This document shows positions 36,901 through 46,632 of a DNA stretch of 64,000 nucleotides, one piece after another. The position numbers were made by a program, and so were the translations under genes. Numbering within the stretch: the first letter of the stretch is position 1; each line of letters begins with the position of its first letter. The stretch is from Glycera tridactyla (lineage: Eukaryota), in assembly GCA_965644265.1 (NCBI GenBank), contig OZ286466.1, positions 19,902,001 through 19,966,000 of the forward strand, in the 5' to 3' direction. The notes below the pieces were generated by a model. The model saw only the letters and a program-made list of their open reading frames with translations. It was not told where the DNA came from and made no database searches.

Positions 36901-39900
36901 TTGTTATGGAGAACTCTAACATTGTCTTCATTGAGGATACTGCCATTTACCTCCATTCTTAGGTGTGTCGAAGCCAGTCTTCTCTCAATGTCTGATTTAC
37001 TCGGTTTTGTCAATGCCTTCTTAGATTGCTCATCCCGCACTCTCATGGTGAACGTTCACTGAATCATGCGTCATTATCTGTTTCAGCTTGGGCCGCATAT
37101 TAATAAAGGAAAAGGTTCTTTTGCTACCATTGCCATGCATCCACTACGGAACAGCAGCATCCATGCCGAGGATAGCTACGGTTGTGATCACGTTAACCTA
37201 CCCAACCTCACCTTCAGCTGTCATCGTGCTATTGCAGTGGACCTCACCATGTCACTGGCACAGAGGCGTGACAAACTATATGAGTAGGTCACGGATGGGC
37301 GAATCTATGCAAGGATGGATGAATGGATAAATAGATGGATGGATAAATGGATGAATGTGTGCAAGGATGGGTGGATGAATTTATGCAAGAATAGATGGAT
37401 TGTTGAATGGATGGGTGGATGGATGAATGGATGGATGGTGGGATGGAATGATGGATGGGTGGGTGGATGAATGTATGCAAGAATGGATGAATGAATGTAT
37501 GCAAGGATGAATGGATGGATAGTTGAATGGATGTATGAGTAGATAGATGGGTGGGTGGATAGATGGATGGATGGATGGATGGAGGGATGGATGGAGGGAG
37601 GGAGGGATGAATGGAGGGATGGATGGATGAATTGCTAGATAGATGAATGGATGTATGAGTGGAGGGATGGATGGATGGGAAAATGGATGCAAGGATGGAT
37701 GGATGGATGAGTGAATGGATGAATGGATGGATGGATGGGTGGATGGATGGGTCGAATGATGGGTCGATAGATTGATGGATGGATGGATGGATGGATGGAT
37801 GGATTGGTGGTTGGGTGAAATGCATCGATGTATTGATGGATTGGAGAGTTTGCATATCAGAATTTAGTGGTTGGATTGATGTATGAAAGGCCGAGGAGAT
37901 GCATGGATGCATGAATGAGAGATGGGTGAATGAATGGATATATAGGATTGGATGGATAAAGTGCGTTAGAAGCGGTGATTGCTGGGTGAATGGATGGGTC
38001 GATAGGCCGGTTGATGGTTGAATGCATGAAAGGGTCAACGAGTGGTTTGCTTCAAATAGTAATCATCAGAGCTATTTCAACATTAATTCGCGAGAAAAAT
38101 CCATACAAGGAAGTCTTCTCGCATTCATAGGTATCTCTCACTTATCATAAGATTTAGTGCAACACTCTTAGTGTTTACTTCAAAATTATCAGCACTGAAC
38201 GACCAAGTGCGCGGACGAAGGGCTCATTGATGGGTCACTCTCCTGAATAATCATCAATGTATGCGGAACTGACAACGAGATCGCGAGATCTTTCCGAATT
38301 CAAATTTTCTCGATTTCCATACCGCCATCCGGAATTTGTGAATGTCAAGTGGTGTTGAATAGATTCCCAACATTCATCCCATGTTTGTGAATGAAAGTAT
38401 TCTTTCAAGAGGTGTTAAATAAATTCCCAGCAGTTATCCAATGTTGGCAAATGAAGGTATTCTGTCAAGTGCTGTTGAATTGATTCGAACCAATTATCCT
38501 TTATTTGTAAGTGGTGTTGAATAGATTCCCAACATTCAGCCCATGTTCGCGAATGAAAGTATTCTTTGATTCCCATCATTTATCCAATGTTGATGAATGA
38601 AAGTATTCTGTCAAGTGCTGTTAAATTGATTCCCAGCATTTATCCCATGTTGGTGAATGAAGGTATTCGGTCAAGTGCTGTTGAATTGATTCGAAACAAT
38701 TATCCTATATTTGTGCGAGAACTTATTCTGTCAAGTGCTGTTGAATGAATTATCAACATTTATACTTTGTTTGTGAATGAAAGTATTCTGTCAAGTTGTG
38801 CTGAATTGATTCCCAGCATTTATCAAATGTTGCTAAATGAAAGTGTTCTGTCAAGTGCTGTCAAATGGGTTCCAAACAATTATCCCATATTTGTGAGTGG
38901 AATTTTTCTGTCAAGTGGTGTTGAATAGATTCCAAACATTGACACTATGTTTGTGAATGAAGGTATTTCTTCAAGTTGTGTTGAATTGCTTCTAAACACG
39001 TTGTTGTACTGTTCACATAATCACCACCACCACCACCACCACCACGCCACCACTATCGCCGCCGCCGCCGCCGCCGCTGCCACTACCGTCGTCTTCATCA
39101 CCATTATCGTCATCATCGTCATCACAGTCATCATCAGTCACCATCAGTCATCATCACCACTACCACCACGACCAACACCACCAACAACACAAGCACAAGC
39201 ACAACACCGCCACCAAACCGCCACCGCCGTTGTCCTTGTCGTCATCGTCATCACCCATCATAATTGCTGATACATGCATGTGCTTGACTATTGTTTCAGA
39301 CACACGCGGCGACAGCATGTAAAATGCCAAACCTCAGTTCTGGTTGGCCATGCTGGGGACGGGGGTTGGTGGGTATGCACATCTGGCACGTATGCATGGA
39401 AATCTGGCAGCTGTCTCATCTATTCCTTTGGGTATGTCAAATGTCTCGAGTGAATAATAATGATAATAATAATATTAATAATAATGATGATAATGATAAT
39501 AATGATAATATTAATAACGATAATAATGATGATGATGATAATACTAAACATAGTAATGATAATGTGTGGCATTTATATAGCGCAATTTTACCAGGGGCAG
39601 CTACTGCTCAAAGGCGCTCGCTCGTTCAGCCATATGACTGAAAAAGGTTCTCTGCTCACTCATATGATGGTTTCATACTGAACACATGTTCCATACAATA
39701 GATTCGAGGAGACCATCAATCGTTTTTATGTGATGGCAAAAACATCAATGGGGCTGGTAGATTGTGATCAGTAATGCATGGGATGTGTACTTTGCCAGGC
39801 TGTGAAAAGGGAAGGCTTAGAAATAGATGTCTTGTCGATATATGCAATCATTCACTGCAATCGGTTTGTTGGTTGTCCATTTCACATCCCGTGGACCCAT

Positions 39901-42900
39901 CTAGGCTATATTGAGAAGCCCGTGTAATGGATGTGAGTGGGGTCGTCCAATACTCCTTCTCCTCCACCTATGGAAGGTGAAAAATCAAAGTTCAAACACT
40001 TTCAGACACATTCTTCGGCATAGTTCTACTATCCTTAATTTTGAGTAGTCACAGGTTGATAAATGACAACACCCGAACTGTTTTCACCAGCTTGTGTCTT
40101 GGATATGCACTGTGTGAAATATGTGCAATAGTCTAGTCCTTTCAAGACGATGACTAAAACGAGCTAGATAATGAGAGTAATCCATTCCAAATGTGGACAG
40201 GATACTACATTCTGATATGGATGTTGCAGGATAAACAAGGATTGGAGTTTTGATGACACATCCTCTAAGAAATATGGCTGCCAAGTCAACTCGTTTGACC
40301 CAACGTAAGTGTCCAGTATCTTTTGAGGATCTCATTTCATTTTCATACTCAGATATTAGTAGTTGTACTTCTGTCAGTATTCATACACCGTCATACATTT
40401 ATTCGAGATGCCCAAGAAGGTTCGTCAGATAGAGTCTAACGGCTTGTATCAAACCCTGGGATATTGTTTTCCATGTATTTCGAATCTTGGAAACTATTGA
40501 ATCAGATGGGGCCTAACGGCTTGTATTAAACCATGGGATAATATTTTCCATGTATTTTGAATCTTGGGAACTATTGAATTTATGAGTTTAAAATTTCCAC
40601 ACAGCTTCGCTATGGTCTTTGGCTAAAGGTATTCCAAAAGACAAGGAGGGCATTCTGGGTGCTGTAGAGAATCGGTTTTGGAAGTACAACATCATCTCAC
40701 TTGTTAGTGAACTCAACCATGAAACTGAAATCAAGTGGATGACTCGATGTTAGCGAGCAGAGATATAGAATGGCAGTTCGTAGGAAATGTAATGGGCAGC
40801 TAAGAATGCTCTCAAGCAAAAGAAGCAATCGGTCTCTACTTTTATGGTTCCTGAAGATTATGGAGATCTGAATGAATTTGGAAGGGAATATAGAAATCAC
40901 ATCAGACACTCCTATAACAGTAGTTCCATAGCATTTTGATGCTATGCTCTCCTCCCTTATTCTGTTGCAGGATTGGCTTAGAGGATCACAAGCACAGTGA
41001 GCATGTCATGTTCTACAACACTGGTCTTGGTGCTAAGAATCAGGTTAATGAGCATGGATGGAAAATGCGATCGCTCTGTACGCTATTCAAAGAGCTCGGA
41101 CACAATAGTGTATGTACATATTCATATGGATTGAAATGTTGTGGATTTGTATTGCATACTCTTTCAGGGTGAATTTAAATGCCACTAAAGTCTCTCAGAT
41201 CAATCCTGATTTCACATTATATTATTGCATTTATTCATGGCCCTCATGTTGAAAGACCATCTTGGGAATTGTTGATTGATTGATTGATGTTTGACATCTC
41301 CTCAGACAAAGCAGAATTGTATGAAACTGAGAAATAACACTGGGAGAATCACAGCCTCCATGTTCTGACTGTGATACTAGGCTGAGAAGAGTCTAAACAA
41401 TCAAACAAACAAACTCACTGCTGGATGACATCAGTTGGCTAGAATACATACCCGTCATTGCCAGCCAGGTTTTGATTTGACTACTCTTTACATCTATCCA
41501 TCGTGAATCTGATTAGTTTTGCTCGTATCGATCATGAAAGTGCTGGCCATATAATAAAACTGGAATAAGCGATGGGACTGTAGTTTCATACTACTTGCCT
41601 ACTTGGTGGGTGGTCTTTTAGGCCGAAGGGCAGGGACCCCAACCCCGTGTTTGCTGAGAGCAAACCTGTGCACCGCTTAGACAATCAACGAGTAACCACT
41701 GACTACAGATTCAAATTTGGAACTAGCAATGGAAGCACTTGATGGAATAGAATAGGTGTGGTGAATAACTAATCCGCTGATAGATTAATTGTGGGAGGAA
41801 AAGCCTGGCGATATACAACAGCATTTCAAAGTATTGTTCTCATCGACAAAAATCTGTTGACATACTATATACATGCCGAATCGCGCCCTTTTGCAAAACC
41901 TCAGATTCCATGTTCACTGATTAGGGCCGTTTGAAGAGCTTAATTGATCGGTCAGAGAAGAGACCCAGAGCTTCATTCATCCTTCCAACGTAGATGTGCT
42001 TTCAACACATACGAATACATGAAGGCTGTGTTCTACCATATTCTTCGAAATTGTGAATCATTGAATGTGGAATGAACGAGGAAGAGTATTACCTCAATAG
42101 GCCTAGCATTTCCAGTCGTGCATTGGGGGACCCCAACTATATCCCTTCTTGTCATGATTGACAGCATATGAAATAAATAGAGGGGTCAGTACATAAGTCC
42201 TGAAGGAACCAGAGACGCATGCTGATCACTCAATGCTGCTCCATGTTGCCTGGTGAACATTTACTAGGGCTCAATATAGCTGAAGAGTATGCACTTACAG
42301 AATGACATCGATATTCATTGATATTGCTACTGTTCTCTTAGACCTTAGTTTTTGGAAGTACTCACGTCGGTTTTGTCAGATGACCTACGTTTCCACCTGA
42401 AGAGACCTCAATTTACCACCTCATAACGTTATATGCAAGGTCATCTCGAAGCGCTGGTTGAGGAAACTAAATGTCAAATCAGCCATGTATAAGTCCATCA
42501 GCAAATCAGTCAATCATATTCAAATACATCGAAATCATCCGGTGAATTTGAAATTCATTTATACACGAATATTCACCACCTCCCATTCAAAGCAGACAGG
42601 TCTATAACTACCCANNNNNNNNNNNNNNNNNNNNNNNNNNNNNNNNNNNNNNNNNNNNNNNNNNNNNNNNNNNNNNNNNNNNNNNNNNNNNNNNNNNNNN
42701 NNNNNNNNNNNNNNNNNNNNNNNNNNNNNNNNNNNNNNNNNNNNNNNNNNNNNNNNNNNNNNNNNNNNNNNNNCGGTCTGTATGTCCGTCTCTCTCTCTG
42801 CCCTGTTCATTTTTGTCTGCGTCAGAGGATCAGTAAGTCAAGTGATAGCCACTGGTACAGAACGCCACCTCTGTTCTCCATTTTGCAGTCGATAATTGAT

Positions 42901-43782
42901 TATGTGAAGTTCGATATAGAGTTTTCTGAGTGGCCTGCCATCGTGTCAATGCTACAGGAAGGATGCCTCTCTCAAGTGAAACAGATAGCTTTTGAGATTC
43001 ATGCGTGGGAGGTGAGTATGATATCCAACTTCCTGTAATTGTCATGACTGAAGAAGAGATTGGGGTACTGTCGCGAAATCTTCAAAGGCACTTCAAAGCT
43101 TGCAAGCTTACAGAGATCCAGCTTGTAATCATTCATTCATCAAGAATGGAGGTAGTGTGGTTTTGGTTTTCTTAATGGTGGTAATGGCGATAGTGATGGT
43201 GGTGATGGTGGAGGTGGCGGTGGTANNNNNNNNNNNNNNNNNNNNNNNNNNNNNNNNNNNNNNNNNNNNNNNNNNNNNNNNNNNNNNNNNNNNNNNNNNN
43301 NNNNNNNNNNNNNNNNNNNNNNNNNNNNNNNNNNNNNNNNNNNNNNNNNNNNNNNNNNNNNNNNNNNNNNNNNNNNNNNGCGGTGGTGGTGATGATGGTC
43401 GTCGACGTCGGCGTCGTCTTGGTACTATCATCAGTATAATCGCTAGAACGGATTTTTCACACTAGCCTTTGGCATGCTATATTCATCTACTGTTGAAGAA
43501 TCCACTTCAACCTTACCAACCACAGCAAACATTCCATGTGGGGGTGCCTTTCAAAAACCCAGAACTATAACAGTGTATCACAATTTATTCTTGCAGGACA
43601 CAGCCGAATACTACATGGTTTACTGGCAAGCACTGCAAGGGCTAGAAAATGAAGGTTTTCAACGCTGGTACCTCAAAACCAGAGACTGGAACTGCTTCAA
43701 ACCGACCGACAATCCCAACAAACGATATTGCCCACAAACTGATATGGCATATATCAATACCAGATTTCTGGAAAATCCATAG
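15980..43782 (+). CDS. METTL24: METTL24-like SAM-dependent methyltransferase, type II membrane protein; multi-exon gene of ~396 aa with all six microexons, 327 aa without
   Basis: Manually spliced model with GT-AG junctions and compatible phases (0,0,2,2,2,0,0). Family motifs [57 protein letters not shown] and YINTRF appear in the expected order. Family-level call; one-to-one orthology to METTL24 is not shown. Confidence 0.88.
16817..16855 (+). CDS. Microexon ME1, 39 nt, [13 protein letters not shown]
   Basis: tattcttttcgacag|AAC...GAG|gtaaat; phase 0-0; peptide resembles ME2-ME6, flanks more diverged. Confidence 0.7.
18552..18590 (+). CDS. Microexon ME2, 39 nt, [13 protein letters not shown]
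   Basis: tttgtctttattggaacag|AGT...CAG|gtaaat; phase 0-0. Confidence 0.75.
18633..19733. mobile_element. MITE family F2 (~30-bp imperfect TIRs) carrying a nested insertion
   Basis: Left agtctgtcaatttcaatcgtggcgggtac, right gtacccgccacgtttggatttgacagag. Related copies at 22122-22565, 51010-51345, 63344-63480 (partial) and 56640-56720 (fragment). Confidence 0.8.
19019..19679. mobile_element. Tc1/mariner (pogo-like) MITE family F3 with TA target-site duplication
   Basis: ta|cagtcgaacctg ... caggttcgactg|ta. ggtggtct/gaccacc-rich relatives at about 11945-12085, 44064-44228, 54060-54220 and 63065-63233. Confidence 0.85.
20378..20410 (+). pseudogene. Pseudo-microexon, 33 nt, would encode [11 protein letters not shown]; acceptor AG lost
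   Basis: Aligns with ME3 and its flanks, but gactgacaca replaces gattgtaacag and the donor is a weaker gtgatg. Confidence 0.65.
21055..21087 (+). CDS. Microexon ME3, 33 nt, [11 protein letters not shown]
   Basis: tttttgtcttgattgtaacag|AAT...GAG|gtaata; phase 0-0. Confidence 0.75.
22122..22565. mobile_element. MITE family F2 copy
   Basis: TIRs tagactctgtcaa...ggcgggtacg and cgtacccgcc...ttgacagactcta, with TA at both ends. Confidence 0.8.
22970..23260 (+). mobile_element. Degenerate non-LTR RT fragment
   Basis: Broken frames give [30 protein letters not shown] and [14 protein letters not shown], matching RT QxGFR and LDLxKAFDTVDH motifs. Confidence 0.75.
23622..26300. repeat. Three copies of a ~0.9-kb (TA)n-flanked repeat: E1 23622-24535 (+), E2 25180-25522 (+, truncated), E3 25561-26300 (-, internal deletion)
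   Basis: E2 is a direct repeat of the E1 3' part; E3 is the reverse complement of E1; ends ttatgacgg and actccatg abut TA runs. Confidence 0.9.
26345..27243 (+). mobile_element. 3' part of a non-LTR retrotransposon ORF2 (post-RT region and CCHC-type motif), one frameshift near 27070
   Basis: [23 protein letters not shown] and RICTLC...[10 protein letters not shown]; continues in the 27043..27243 frame; 5' end abuts (TA)n. Confidence 0.85.
30175..30329. repeat. ~155-bp near-perfect palindrome (hairpin, ~75-bp arms, tta loop)
   Basis: agcaagaaaccatgg...gtattgtcagtataattcactcggcc tta ggcctcgtgaattatactgacaatac...ccatgatttcttgct. Confidence 0.9.
30834..30866 (+). CDS. Microexon ME4, 33 nt, [11 protein letters not shown]
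   Basis: tctttgtcttgattgtaacag|AGT...AAG|gtaaat; phase 0-0. Confidence 0.78.
31470..31505 (+). CDS. Microexon ME5, 36 nt, [12 protein letters not shown]
   Basis: catgttttgattggcag|AGT...AAG|gtaaat; phase 0-0. Confidence 0.72.
33489..33515 (+). CDS. Microexon ME6, 27 nt, SKVPKAVKK
   Basis: tatttttgatctggttggcag|AGT...AAG|gtaaat; phase 0-0; in-frame 6-nt deletion relative to ME4. Confidence 0.72.
35770..36600 (+). mobile_element. Degenerate non-LTR (CR1/L2-type) RT fragment
   Basis: Broken frames give [41 protein letters not shown] and [18 protein letters not shown]. Confidence 0.75.
37087..37283 (+). CDS. METTL24: METTL24-like gene 1 exon (stem/pre-catalytic) LGPHINKG...[12 protein letters not shown]
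   Basis: ttatctgtttcag acceptor, GA|gtaggt donor; 197 nt, phase 0 to 2, matches the next exon's phase; open frame throughout. Confidence 0.72.
37290..38030. repeat. Degenerate (GGAT/GAAT)n microsatellite
   Basis: ggatggatggat runs; the H/P/S/I-rich minus-strand ORFs are artefacts. Confidence 0.95.
38345..38995. repeat. Intronic 60-bp minisatellite, ~11 units
   Basis: tcaagtg(c/g)tgttgaattgattccc..catttatcc.atgtt.gtgaatgaaagtattctg recurring at 60-bp spacing (38345, 38405, 38465...). Confidence 0.92.
39300..39431 (+). CDS. METTL24: METTL24-like gene 1 exon [44 protein letters not shown]
   Basis: ttgtttcag acceptor, GG|gtatgt donor; GDGGW and CLxYSFG family motifs. Confidence 0.92.
39720..40200. 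mobile_element. Degenerate interspersed repeat homologous, inverted, to about 47280-47650; possibly an old LINE remnant
   Basis: catctaggctatattgagaagccc...atggaaggtgaaa matches the reverse complement of tttcaccttccattgg...cacaatatagcccagatgg; both copies give FHLP..E..W.......ASQYS.DG in one frame. Confidence 0.55.
40230..40304 (+). CDS. METTL24: METTL24-like gene 1 exon [25 protein letters not shown]
   Basis: atgttgcag acceptor, AC|gtaagt donor; WSFDD and GCxVxSFDP motifs. Confidence 0.95.
40971..41109 (+). CDS. METTL24: METTL24-like gene 1 exon [20 protein letters not shown]...[16 protein letters not shown]
   Basis: ctcccttattctgttgcag acceptor, AGT|gtatgt donor; phase 2 to 0. Confidence 0.92.
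42889..43011 (+). CDS. METTL24: METTL24-like gene 1 exon [41 protein letters not shown]
   Basis: ttctccattttgcag acceptor, GAG|gtgagt donor; IDxxKxDIExxEW and VKQxxxEIH motifs. Confidence 0.95.
43597..43782 (+). CDS. METTL24: METTL24-like gene 1 terminal exon [21 protein letters not shown]...[13 protein letters not shown]
   Basis: tttattcttgcag acceptor; LxxLExxGF and YINTRF C-terminal motifs; TAG stop at 43780-43782. Confidence 0.92.
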   Translation, partial: DTAEYYMVYWQALQGLENEGFQRWYLKTRDWNCFKPTDNPNKRYCPQTDMAYINTRFLENP

Positions 43783-44774
43783 AAAACACATTGAGGCTCA
43801 ATCTACTAATGGATGTATGTGTATCTTTGAATGGGTATGGGTGTATGTGTGCGTGCAAATAGAAGCTCGGGATCAGTTCCTGCGGTGCTGGTTCTGTATG
43901 AGTTTTCAGAGACCCTTGCTTGGTGACATCGCCACTAAGTGCAAATTGACAGCATTCCATATGAGGGTGATATTTCATCATACTGGATTATTTCGGGAAT
44001 CGAACCACAGATTCCATTCAGATGTAATGATTCTACCTGACCACTACCACATCATACGTGAAGTAGAGTTGAACCTGTCTATGAATACCACCTTTGGTTG
44101 CATCGTAAAGTGACCTTAGGAGGCAGGTGACATGTATAGAGAGGTCATATAATGTTGAGAATACTCCCATGATCGGAGCTAACAGTGGCATTTGTGGAGA
44201 GGTGGTCTCACGAGCAGGTTCGGCTGTACTATGTCTTGTGGGGGGGGGGGGCTGAAGGATGCAGCGCCCATTATGCCGACAGCACGATGCTCTTGTCTCA
44301 GAAATAGTCGAGCATCAAACATTCCCTTCCGGATGGATGTGACTTTTCGATCCGGAACAAGGGAGATAAATACATCCTCTGTCCAGTTCACAGCATTACT
44401 TGATATTGCATGTGATTGAAGAGTATGTGATAGAATGCTTACATGCAGCATGGATACCGTGGCATTGTACCTACTTCGGATACATTCAAGAACCATACAT
44501 GAGGTTTTCGATGCAAATGTGAAATGTGATACTAGGTTATACTGTTCAGCAGGAGATTTGGGTTATTCATTAAGAAGGTTAACACTATGTTTTATTATGA
44601 ATATGTGATTGATTAATCCGCGGGAATATTATCATGAGGCAAAATGTGATACTGTTTCGAGCAGTTTTTTAGTCAAGAACTTTCAGCAGAAGAAGCATTG
44701 ATTGGGGGTATTGATTATAGAGGTCGGTATTACATAGGCTAATTGCATAATGTAAATATCACTTTGCTTGTTCA

Positions 44775-44780
44775 AATAAA
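44775..44780 (+). terminator. Candidate polyadenylation signal of gene 1
   Basis: AATAAA ~1 kb after the stop codon, followed by a (TTGTA)n GT-rich tract; not verified. Confidence 0.3.
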
Positions 44781-45429
44781 AGTTTATTGTATTGTATTGT
44801 ATTGTATAATATGTTTCATTATGACTTAGTGAGTTATACATTTCTGGAGATATAATCATAGAAAATATATATATGTGCGTGCGTGCATGCGTGCATGAGT
44901 GTGCGTGTATCATCCCAATGATTTGTTGAGTTCGCATTCAACTGTGTATGATGCTCGTGGGGAAGGAGGCATCCAGAAAGAGTAGAACGGGGAGGCCGAA
45001 GAAAGCGGACAACATGCGTGCGTGTCGAATCAGACCGGAACATCTTCGAAAGCCGATTCCGTCGGATCGACTCAGTCTGAAATAAGGCTTGGGGCGAACA
45101 CGGCATCTGTGAGTGCCGGTGAGACGCTGTCTGCGATTGTATACTTCAAGATTTAACTAGGCATGTATGCCGAAAAAAGGATGCCTGGTAACACACATCA
45201 CCTCTGCTGGTGATTGTGAGAGAAATTAATTCGAATTTCCCGCCATTCAAGTGGGCCCCACATTCATCCAGTCCACCTGCTGCTCACTGTGTCTAAATGG
45301 CCAGGATAGGGATATCTTACTCTCAAAACTTAATGTGAATTTCACTTATGGATCACTAAATTATACAATCAAATGCTTTATTGCCTCCCAAGATTAAAAT
45401 CCTTCAATGTATACCCATAATGTGCAATT

Positions 45430-45787
45430 GAACAGTTCAAAATGAAATAAAGTGGAATAAGATAAAAGGTAGAGAGTATTCATATCATTAGCAGTATCAA
45501 ACCTGATAGAGAGTCAACATCGATCATGAACTGGCAGGAAATTCCTAGAAGCAGGAGCCATTTTCATGAAAAGTAGACTCATAATGAGCTTTCCAAGTGA
45601 TCCATACAAAGCAGAGATGCCTTTACAACAACTATACAAGATTTCATGGAAATCAGAGCAGTTTATCACCTTCAATCAGCTACCCAAAAAAACTATCAAA
45701 ATTTGTGCCATTTTTTGTCATCTAAACTGCAGTCCCAAATGAGAGTGGTAAGAAGAAGGATGCCCGCAAGGCAGGCATCCTTAAAAA
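45430..45787. mobile_element. Repeat family F5 ending in a GC-rich hairpin (Helentron/HINE-like); second copy at about 55490-55835
   Basis: ~350-bp homology between the copies, ending gagtggtaagaagaa + GGATGCCYGC-AAG-GCAGGCATCC + ttaaaaa. Confidence 0.6.
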
Positions 45788-46424
45788 AGCAACTGACGAA
45801 ATCATAATAAAAATATGATATCAGTGTATACTGATTATCATGAGGGATGGAGATCCAATGGTAGACCATGTATAAACATGGTCGTCGGTACTCTACCGGA
45901 AATAATGGTACGAATCATGCATGAATAGATAGTCTATTCTTGAAATACAAGGATGGTTTTCAATGAGATCAAAAATCACACAAGCAGGGGGTGTCCAATG
46001 ACTTGTATTTCGACTACGCTGGCATTCTGTATCACCGACAAAAACAGGCCATGCTACTTGCCCAGCTGTTTCCAAGCTGTTCCTAAATGTATAGCTGATC
46101 TGAGTTCAACACCTTCGAAACCCAGTGCATGTCGACTGGAATATCGAAAGCAGGCTATGGGAATCATGTATGTGATGCACCACAAAAGCGTACCCACCCT
46201 TACTGCAATTGAAATAGCAACTAGTCTTACCACTGAAAATCTGCATCAAATGGAATGGAGTTGATGGTGGCGATGATAATGACGACGACAACAAAGATAA
46301 TGCTGCTGATGATGATGTCTGTATGTCTGCATATATAAATTCATAGATCTATCTTTGGTAGTGTGATACTGGGATGACATCATGGTCAACGATTCCATAG
46401 TCTATTATCACCACATCACAAGGA

Positions 46425-46632
46425 TCCCCAGTGCATGCCGACTGGGATATCAAAGGCCGGCCGTGTAATTAGGACCCTTTTCTTTTACGCACGTTAAAGA
46501 TCCACTGCTGTTTTTCGCAGAGAGTAGGGACGGCCCCCGGCAGGCAGTGACTCTTTTCTTCATCATTTTCAGGTTTTTCAGTCCGATATAACCCAAGCGG
46601 GTTTAAGTGACGTCAAACACAAACAAACAAAC
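46425..46632 (+). mobile_element. SINE-like element with (CAAA)n tail
   Basis: cagtgcatgccgactgggatatcaaa...gcacgttaaagatcca...gagtaggg...gacgtcaaacacaaacaaac; partial relatives at about 46120 and 61010-61105. Confidence 0.55.

Noticed and set aside
38131-38230. Alternative candidate (ag|G TAT CTC...) for the exon after 37283
   Set aside because: No family motifs and an early stop; 39300-39431 supplies the GDGGW exon in the correct phase.
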